A DNA stretch of 24,753 nt from a virus (Duplodnaviria; Caudoviricetes): IMG/VR virus record IMGVR_UViG_3300027278_000044, positions 1 to 24,753 of that record, one strand, 5' to 3'. Below the pieces are notes generated by a model. It searched no databases. It saw only the letters and a program-made list of their open reading frames with translations, and was not told the DNA's origin. Position numbers and translations under genes: made by a program. Shown here in pieces: positions 18,132 to 24,379 of the stretch (position 1 is the stretch's first letter; each line of letters opens with the position of its first letter).

Positions 18132-20207
18132 ATGGCACAAGCTTCAAAATATGCAAGACTGGATCAGGATGTTCTTTTAGAATTCATTTATCATGATCAA
18201 AATATAGCTACACTTAGTAACTATCAAATTGAAATTGATAATAATGGTTCACACCTACTTGCACTTAATACTACAGCGTCTACTTCAGACACTCGCCATC
18301 TTATTCATGAGCTTGGTGCTGCAGTTGTAAACTTTGATGTAACTAGTGCCAGTGGTATGCTTCTTGTTGAAAACTTTGCGGCAAGACCACTTACACTTGC
18401 TAACGGCAAAACATACAAATTTAATGTTGCTGCGCTTACAATACCATCAAGCTTTGAAATTCTAGATTCAACTAGTAATGTTGTTGGTACATATTCAAAT
18501 GGTATTTATACATTTGTACCATCGGTTAATGGTTCATACACATATACATATCCATCACTTAAAGGCGGTGCGATTACGGTACAAACTACTGCTAATCCAT
18601 TGTATGCAACGGCTGACGAAGAAACTGGTAACGATATTAAAACAGGGGCTGGCCAAATTGGAAGATACCAAGCAGTTCTTGTAGACGGCGCGCTTCAATC
18701 AAAGTATGCACTTCTAGATTCTACAAATAATTTTATTGATAATAATATAGCTTGGCTTGGTTCAACATCTTCAACAATTGACCAAGCTGATGCAACGGAC
18801 ATTCCAGCAAATACAATTACTTATGATACTGTAAGACTTCATTTGCGCGCTGGTTATTCTTTTGATGCTAGAGGTTATGAGGGTTTCCTTTTCCAAATTG
18901 GTGCAAAAAGACTTTCAGGTGTTAAGAACATGTTTACATCTATTGTCTATTTGAATTCATCTTCATTTGAGATTCAAAATCCAAAGCCATTTATTTTAGG
19001 CGAAACAATGTATTCTAAGTTCATTGAAATTAAGGTACCTTCTCTAGCAAACCCAGATGGTGATTTCATCGATTGGTTCTTTGGTACTGGTACTGATGCA
19101 CTAGACACTACGTCAAATTATGAAGTTACATTCAAATTGATTGACAATGTTTACAGTGACCTTGGTTTTGATTATATCAATACTGGTGAAGAAGTTGAAT
19201 TTACAATCGCTAAGGAAGACGAATACCAGGATATTGCAGCTGTTATTGAAGAAGCTACAGATGGTGATTACTTTTTACTATACGGAACTAAAGACGGATC
19301 AATTTCAGAATTTGATAAGTACATCATGAACAGACGTGAATTCTCAGGTGACGATATTATCGTATTCCACGATGTTGCGGTTTATGAACAAATCACATCG
19401 TTCTTTGATAAGAGCTACGAAATGTCAATGTCACAGTCTGAAAACTTTTCAAACCCACTACCATTTAGACCGGTAATTCAAAATGCATCGACAGCTACCG
19501 CTTACAATATTGATTATACATTGAGAATTTATAACGAGACTAATAATACTCAAATTGTAAAGCGCGCTTCATTTACATCATATGATGTTGGTAAGTTTGG
19601 TAAGAGACTTAGAACTATCAATCTTCCATCAACAAACAAAATCTTAAAGGTATACAATACTCTTCCAAATGTTCTTGAGAATAGACAGATTATTGAAAAC
19701 CTTGCAACATTACCAAGTAATCAAACAAGATTTGTACCTACATTTATTGAACGCATGAATATTGTAACTGGTTCAACAAGTGTAACTATTACAAGCAACG
19801 AGGTTGTAGACAATTCTGAGATTACATATTTTGCAGACGGTAAGAGTGTTTTAACTCTAAGCCCATTTGATAACTATGTTAAATTTAAGATTGCTAAGAA
19901 AAGCGGTTCTGATTTAATTAATATATCACTTGAATCAGTTGATAAGGTTATCCTAAATTTGGGTGGTGTTGCAATTGAAAATACACTAAACTATGCTGAT
20001 GTCGAGCTTGGTGAAGGTGAAATCATGTTTAAAATCAGTGAAGCAGATATTACTGCAGCATCTAAAGAAAAGAATAATAATTATATGCTTTCTATTCAGA
20101 ACGGCACTGATAAAACCTTAATTCACCACGGAACTTTTAACATCTTAGGTATTACACCTAAATCGGTAAGTCCAGTTACACCGCTTCCAGAAATAAATAA
20201 ATTCTAA
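18132..20207 (+). CDS. Hypothetical virion structural protein (691 aa)
   Basis: Long ORF in the structural block, beta-rich, with a small cupredoxin/Ig-like segment at about aa 65-150. Confidence 0.55.
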   Translation: MAQASKYARLDQDVLLEFIYHDQNIATLSNYQIEIDNNGSHLLALNTTASTSDTRHLIHELGAAVVNFDVTSASGMLLVENFAARPLTLANGKTYKFNVAALTIPSSFEILDSTSNVVGTYSNGIYTFVPSVNGSYTYTYPSLKGGAITVQTTANPLYATADEETGNDIKTGAGQIGRYQAVLVDGALQSKYALLDSTNNFIDNNIAWLGSTSSTIDQADATDIPANTITYDTVRLHLRAGYSFDARGYEGFLFQIGAKRLSGVKNMFTSIVYLNSSSFEIQNPKPFILGETMYSKFIEIKVPSLANPDGDFIDWFFGTGTDALDTTSNYEVTFKLIDNVYSDLGFDYINTGEEVEFTIAKEDEYQDIAAVIEEATDGDYFLLYGTKDGSISEFDKYIMNRREFSGDDIIVFHDVAVYEQITSFFDKSYEMSMSQSENFSNPLPFRPVIQNASTATAYNIDYTLRIYNETNNTQIVKRASFTSYDVGKFGKRLRTINLPSTNKILKVYNTLPNVLENRQIIENLATLPSNQTRFVPTFIERMNIVTGSTSVTITSNEVVDNSEITYFADGKSVLTLSPFDNYVKFKIAKKSGSDLINISLESVDKVILNLGGVAIENTLNYADVELGEGEIMFKISEADITAASKEKNNNYMLSIQNGTDKTLIHHGTFNILGITPKSVSPVTPLPEINKF

Positions 20208-20215
20208 ATCTTGAT

Positions 20216-20767
20216 ATGATACTCAACTCAAGAAGTAATTTATTTAACTTTAAGTTTCCAAAGAACTTTGTACCGCAAGAGGTAGCTGATAAGTACAGAC
20301 CGTATCTTAACAGAATGCCAGGTAACATTATTGAGGAACCTATTGATTTTGTTAACTACACAATTCAGGGACTTGCTATACCTGGTGTTTCATTCGATCC
20401 AGCTCAACAAGCACCTAACGATGGTACAATCACATATAAACGCGGGTACCAACCAATTCAAAACCTAATCAATAGAGAAGTTACTGTAACAATGCAGTTG
20501 TTGGACGGTTTTATTAACTATTGGATTATGTCAGACACTCTGTTATACCATTACAATAGAGCAAATACAAATGAATATATTGATGACTTTAAGCTTCAAA
20601 TCCTAGATGCTGAAGGTATTCACGTAATGTCTGCTGTATTTGAGAAGCCAATTATGAACTCTATTTCAGAGCTAGAATTAAACATGGCAAGTAATATTGC
20701 AGAATTCTCAACATTCAATATAACATTCTTCTACAATAAGTTTAATTTACTTAATGAATTAGACTGA
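20216..20767 (+). CDS. Tail-tube-fold protein, T4 gp3-like tail tube terminator/completion protein
   Basis: 'YTIQGLAIPGVS', 'VTVTMQLLDGFINY', 'KLQILD...AVFEKPIMNSISELEL' and 'FNITFFYNKF' follow the gp3/gp19 tube-fold pattern. 183 aa is the expected size. Confidence 0.65.
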   Translation: MILNSRSNLFNFKFPKNFVPQEVADKYRPYLNRMPGNIIEEPIDFVNYTIQGLAIPGVSFDPAQQAPNDGTITYKRGYQPIQNLINREVTVTMQLLDGFINYWIMSDTLLYHYNRANTNEYIDDFKLQILDAEGIHVMSAVFEKPIMNSISELELNMASNIAEFSTFNITFFYNKFNLLNELD

Positions 20768-20773
20768 TATATA
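20766..20773 (+). promoter_or_regulatory. Putative late promoter motif GATATATA
   Basis: Overlaps the TGA stop of the upstream gene and ends 24 nt before the ATG at 20798. Confidence 0.55.
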
Positions 20774-20797
20774 AAATATCAAATACAGAATATTTAG

Positions 20798-21166
20798 ATG
20801 AAGACTTTTTTAAAATACCTAGAAGAACAAGCCGTAACTGAAAAAGACATGCAGTCTTTGAACGAATCTCTACAACAGGAGTGGACTCCAGAACTAGAAG
20901 CTAAAGTTGATGAAGCTATTGAAGCATTTCTAGCAGAATACAAAAAAGAAGATGGTTCATACGACCTAGCAGCTTTTAATGAAGAGGTAACTAATGAGGG
21001 TATCCTTGGTTCTATTATCGGTGGTCTTACAGGTTTTGCCCTAGGTAAATCTGTCGGCAAGATTGTTGCTAAAGTACTAGGTATTGAAAAAGGTATTTTT
21101 TACGATCTGTTAACTTCAAGACTTGTTGGTGCTGCACTAGGTGCTAGTCTTGGTAAAAGAATCTAA
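20798..21166 (+). CDS. Hypothetical protein: acidic N-terminal half plus C-terminal glycine-zipper amphipathic helices
   Basis: Starts 'MKTFLKYLEE', aa 1-67 are Glu-rich, followed by 'GILGSIIGGLTGFALGKSVG...VGAALGASLG' (GxxxG repeats). Confidence 0.7.
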   Translation: MKTFLKYLEEQAVTEKDMQSLNESLQQEWTPELEAKVDEAIEAFLAEYKKEDGSYDLAAFNEEVTNEGILGSIIGGLTGFALGKSVGKIVAKVLGIEKGIFYDLLTSRLVGAALGASLGKRI

Positions 21167-21167
21167 T

Positions 21168-21785
21168 TTGAATTTAATAGCAATCGATTTTTCGATCAAC
21201 TCTCCAGGCATCTGTCTTCTTAAAGATGGAAAGCCATATTATATCTCATATCTAAAACCAGGTACTGGTACAAAAAAAGAACAAAAGCTTCAAGAGGAAA
21301 TGAACCTACTTGATGATGTTACTTTAATATATCAACCAGAGCCAAACATTGATAAACAGGAAATGGCAAGGGTCATGAGACACCGTGATATTGCTGAAGG
21401 TATATGTAATATTATTGCAGAAAATACCAATCCAGAAGAAGAGTATAAAATCTTTTTTGAAGGTTCTTCTTATGGCACCTCAAGATTCGGAACCAACTCT
21501 CTTATTGATTTAGCATCCGCCAGCTCTATACTTAAATCTTATTTGATTGATCGCTTTAATGTAACTCAACTTGAAGTCTTCGCCCCTACAAGTATTAAGA
21601 AACATGCTGGTAAAGGTAACATGAAGAAGATGGACATGTGGTATGTTTATATCAATGATACATCAAATATTGAATCAGGTCTTTGGAACTTTTGTCAAGA
21701 ATTCAAAGAGGACAAAAAGATTATGAAGCCCTTAGATGACCTTGTAGATGCTTACTTTATTATGTCTTATGCTCAAACCCTTTAA
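21168..21785 (+). CDS. RuvC-like (RNase H fold) Holliday junction resolvase
   Basis: The catalytic pattern 'IAIDFSINSPG' (D), 'IFFEGSSYG' (E), 'APTSIKKHAGKGNMKK' and 'DDLVDAYFI' (D..D) is present. The start is better placed at the in-frame TTG 21168, 1 nt after the upstream stop, than at the GTG 21141 in the ORF track, because RuvC proteins begin just before the xxxD strand. Confidence 0.82.
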   Translation: MNLIAIDFSINSPGICLLKDGKPYYISYLKPGTGTKKEQKLQEEMNLLDDVTLIYQPEPNIDKQEMARVMRHRDIAEGICNIIAENTNPEEEYKIFFEGSSYGTSRFGTNSLIDLASASSILKSYLIDRFNVTQLEVFAPTSIKKHAGKGNMKKMDMWYVYINDTSNIESGLWNFCQEFKEDKKIMKPLDDLVDAYFIMSYAQTL

Positions 21786-21816
21786 ATTGTATTTTACCCT
21801 CAGGCATAAAACCATA

Positions 21817-21848
21817 ACTTATATGAGCATATTGGGGGTTTTGTTTCA
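21817..21848 (-). promoter_or_regulatory. Putative minus-strand promoter TGAAAC-N19-TATAAGT facing the resolvase gene
   Basis: The reverse complement reads TGAAAC aaaacccccaatatgctca TATAAGT. Both boxes are identical to those upstream of the SSB gene. Confidence 0.35.
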
Positions 21849-21850
21849 TT

Positions 21851-21881
21851 AGCTTGAAACTTTTTTAAAAAATAGTATAAT
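21851..21881 (+). promoter_or_regulatory. Putative early/middle promoter TTGAAA-N16-TATAAT
   Basis: AGCTTGAAACTTTTTT (16 nt) is repeated exactly at 22081. TATAAT lies at 21876-21881. Confidence 0.55.
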
Positions 21882-21890
21882 AATATAAAA

Positions 21891-21898
21891 GATATATA
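21891..21898 (+). promoter_or_regulatory. Putative late promoter motif GATATATA
   Basis: Intergenic and ends 4 nt before the ATG at 21903. Confidence 0.5.
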
Positions 21899-21902
21899 AG
21901 AT

Positions 21903-22073
21903 ATGATTAATGCAACATACCTAAGTACTCTAAAAGATATTCTTGAAATCATGGTTCTTGAAAATAGAATCACTGAAGCAGAGATGTTATCTTTTTTAGC
22001 TAAAGCTGGTTTGACTAAGACCGACAACGGTGATTGGATCGACGAAGCCGGAGCTAGATATTCACGCATGTGA
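21903..22073 (+). CDS. Small hypothetical protein, 56 aa (missing from the ORF track)
   Basis: Translates as MINATYLSTLKDILEIMVLENRITEAEMLSFLAKAGLTKTDNGDWIDEAGARYSRM*. It fills the gap between two promoter-like elements, with the same strand and codon style as its neighbours. Confidence 0.7.
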   Translation: MINATYLSTLKDILEIMVLENRITEAEMLSFLAKAGLTKTDNGDWIDEAGARYSRM

Positions 22074-22080
22074 TAAGACA

Positions 22081-22114
22081 AGCTTGAAACTTTTTTCAGG
22101 TTTGGTGTATAAGT
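22081..22114 (+). promoter_or_regulatory. Putative promoter TGAAAC-N17-TATAAGT for the SSB/primase operon
   Basis: Second exact copy of AGCTTGAAACTTTTTT, followed by TG-TATAAG (extended -10-like) at 22106-22113. Confidence 0.55.
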
Positions 22115-22128
22115 AGTGTTAAGTTACT

Positions 22129-22186
22129 CTAAAGGTATTTAACGATTTTAAAGTTCAACAATTTAAATTAAAGTATTAAAGGAATT
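22129..22186 (+). promoter_or_regulatory. AT-rich TTAAA-repeat leader of the SSB gene (putative translational auto-operator), with AAGGA RBS
   Basis: TTAAA occurs at 22148, 22163, 22168 and 22176, with CTAAAG at 22129. AAGGA lies just before the ATG at 22187. Confidence 0.45.
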
Positions 22187-23110
22187 ATGGCAGATTTTGA
22201 CATTTTCAACTTGAGCGTCAACGATGTTGAAACTCACAACCAAGCAGCTTCTTCAACTACTGAAGTTGTTTACAAACCATCAGCCGATGATGGCAAGGAC
22301 GGTACTTACAAAGCACTTATCCGCTTCGTACCTAATCCAGAAAACCCACGCAAATCACTTGTTAGAAAGTACGTACACTGGTTGACAGACCCTTCAGGTT
22401 CTGGTCGTCTAGTCGACTCTCCAACTTCAGTGGGTGAAAAGTGCCCTATCCAGGACACGTTCTTCCGTCTCCGCAAATCAGACTCAGCGGTAGACCGTAA
22501 AATGTCTGAGCGTCTAAAGCGTCGCGAACAATATTACGCTTTGATCAAAGTTATTAAAGATCCTCAGAACCCAGCTCTAGAAGGCCAATACATGGTATTC
22601 AAGTTTGGTTACAAGATCAAAGAGAAGATTGACGAGGAATTGTCACCAGCATTTGGCGAGCCAACTCAAGTATTTGACCTTTTTGAAGGCAAGAACTTTG
22701 AATTGATTATTACTCGTCAGGGTGAGTACAACAACTATGATAAGTCAAAGTTTTCTGCTTCGACGTCTGCAATCATGGTTGGTGAAAAACCGGCTGAACG
22801 CAATCAAGAATCAATGCAAGCTATCAAGACTGAATTGGATGCAGCTCCTTCACTTTCAGTGTACGAGTACAAGCCATGGGATGACCAAACTCGTGACTTT
22901 GTAAACCAAGTTCTTGGCCAATACATTTCAAACCCAGGTCGTGCTATGGGCGCTGTATCTGCAGCTCCTGCAAAATCAGCACCAAAAGCGGCTGAAATGG
23001 CTAGCGAATCATTTGACTTGGACAACGTTGATGCAACTGCAAGCGGTAGTACATCAAACGTAAGTGATGACGATGACCTTGATTCATTCTTGAATGGACT
23101 CGACATCTAA
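22187..23110 (+). CDS. Single-stranded DNA-binding protein, T4 gp32-like
   Basis: Motifs 'ALIRFVP', 'KCPI', 'VIKDPQNPALEG...FKFGYKIKEKI', 'VFDLFEGKNFEL' and 'NNYDKSKF', plus an acidic tail 'DDDDLDSFLNGLDI', all parallel gp32. Codon usage (CGT/CGC, C-ending codons) suggests high expression. Confidence 0.9.
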   Translation: MADFDIFNLSVNDVETHNQAASSTTEVVYKPSADDGKDGTYKALIRFVPNPENPRKSLVRKYVHWLTDPSGSGRLVDSPTSVGEKCPIQDTFFRLRKSDSAVDRKMSERLKRREQYYALIKVIKDPQNPALEGQYMVFKFGYKIKEKIDEELSPAFGEPTQVFDLFEGKNFELIITRQGEYNNYDKSKFSASTSAIMVGEKPAERNQESMQAIKTELDAAPSLSVYEYKPWDDQTRDFVNQVLGQYISNPGRAMGAVSAAPAKSAPKAAEMASESFDLDNVDATASGSTSNVSDDDDLDSFLNGLDI

Positions 23111-24170
23111 TCTCACTGAGGAACTCAAAAATAGAATTAGAAGCTTAGTTAAAGAGGTGGCCGTGCAAGAACACGGTCACCCCTCTAAGCAAATGATTAA
23201 GGAGATGCCAGGTCGTTTGACGCTGGCTTGTCCTTATTGTGGAGACTCCTCAACTGACGTAACCAAAAAGCGATGCAACCTTTATTGGGACACCCTACAA
23301 TTCCACTGTTATAACTGTGGTGAGCATGGTGACCTAAATAAACTATTACGTGATCATAACCTTAGAATGCGGGGTGGTGATGACTCAATTACAATTATTG
23401 AGTATATCAAGACCAAGAAGACCGAGGTACAACAGATTGAAACGCTGAAGCACGGTATCTATGTTAAAGCTGCTGAATCTGCAATTAAAGTAGAAGACTT
23501 TAAAAAATACTTTGGTGCTAAATCAATAGAGGTTGGTGATTATGCTTGGTTCTATTTAAAGAATCGTGGATTGCATCAAAAGTCAGATGAGTTTCTTTAT
23601 TCGTCATTTGGTCAGAATCTTTGGATTTTAAATAAGACACAAGACGGTAAAATACTTGGATGCCAAAGTAGAAAGCTTGGCAAATATAAATCAAGATATC
23701 TTACGTATGATATGGGTAAACTTTATAGCGAGATGGGTATTGAATTCCCATACGAAGGCGAAGAGCTTATATCAATCAATAAGATATCTACACTTTTTAA
23801 TATTATGCGTATTGATATGACACGACCGGTTACCATTTTTGAGGGACCCCTTGATGCCATGTTTATGCATAATTCTTTAGCTTTAGCAACAGCCGGTCGT
23901 TCAACTACAGAATTAGATGAAATACCAACGACTCGTTATATGTTTGATAATGACGAGACAGGTAAGACAAAGATGATTGAAAAGCTTAAGCGTAATAAAT
24001 CTGTGTTTATGTGGTCAAAATTCTTGAAAGAAAGTGGGCTAAATATATACACTGAGGATATCAAGGACCTAAACGACTTGGTAATGAAGTGCTATGAATT
24101 AAAGTCACCAGCACTAAAAAATATAGGCAATTATTTTACAGACTCTAAACTTGATGCACTGTACATATGA
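23094..24170 (+). CDS. DNA primase, T4 gp61-like
   Basis: Zn-ribbon 'CPYCGDS...FHCYNCG' and TOPRIM motifs 'IFEGPLDAMF', 'MFDNDETG' and 'KDLND'. Overlaps the SSB 3' end by 17 nt. Confidence 0.9.
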   Translation: MDSTSNLTEELKNRIRSLVKEVAVQEHGHPSKQMIKEMPGRLTLACPYCGDSSTDVTKKRCNLYWDTLQFHCYNCGEHGDLNKLLRDHNLRMRGGDDSITIIEYIKTKKTEVQQIETLKHGIYVKAAESAIKVEDFKKYFGAKSIEVGDYAWFYLKNRGLHQKSDEFLYSSFGQNLWILNKTQDGKILGCQSRKLGKYKSRYLTYDMGKLYSEMGIEFPYEGEELISINKISTLFNIMRIDMTRPVTIFEGPLDAMFMHNSLALATAGRSTTELDEIPTTRYMFDNDETGKTKMIEKLKRNKSVFMWSKFLKESGLNIYTEDIKDLNDLVMKCYELKSPALKNIGNYFTDSKLDALYI

Positions 24171-24379
24171 TTGACTTTGAATTAATGATGCAAGATGAAT
24201 TAGATGATTTTTACGACGAAAGTGAAAAGCATAATGATTTGAAAATGTTTGTAGAATTTGATAACCTTTGTACTGAATATAAAAGCAAGGAAATTAAGTT
24301 TGACAAACCAAAGATGAAGAAAAAGTTAAGGGCAAATCCATGGACCCCAAAGTCTAACAATAAATCATCACTGTTCTAA
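24167..24379 (+). CDS. Hypothetical 70-aa protein (acidic N-half, basic C-half)
   Basis: ATGA overlap with the primase stop and TAATG overlap with the next gene. Confidence 0.65.
   Translation: MIDFELMMQDELDDFYDESEKHNDLKMFVEFDNLCTEYKSKEIKFDKPKMKKKLRANPWTPKSNNKSSLF

Noticed and set aside
1-20767. Bacterial extracellular contractile injection system / tailocin locus
   Set aside because: The neck gene and the directly linked gp32 SSB, gp61 primase, RuvC-like and UvsY-like genes indicate a replicating phage genome.
21141-21167. GTG start for the resolvase as given in the ORF track
   Set aside because: It overlaps the upstream gene and adds residues ahead of the RuvC first strand. TTG at 21168 fits better.
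21808-21846. Rho-independent terminator after the resolvase
   Set aside because: The stem (AAAACC/GGTTTT) is weak with a large interrupted loop, so it is not reported as a terminator. It is mentioned only as part of the regulatory region.
21800-22081. 93-aa minus-strand ORF in the track
   Set aside because: It runs across promoter-like AT tracts and is antisense to the better-supported 56-aa + strand ORF (21903-22073).
308-23106. Short alternative-frame and minus-strand ORFs in the track (e.g. 308-526, 1526-1735, 5711-5986, 9636-9917, 20794-21060, 22804-23106)
   Set aside because: They are nested in or almost fully overlap long + strand genes, have no recognisable motifs and look like shadow ORFs.
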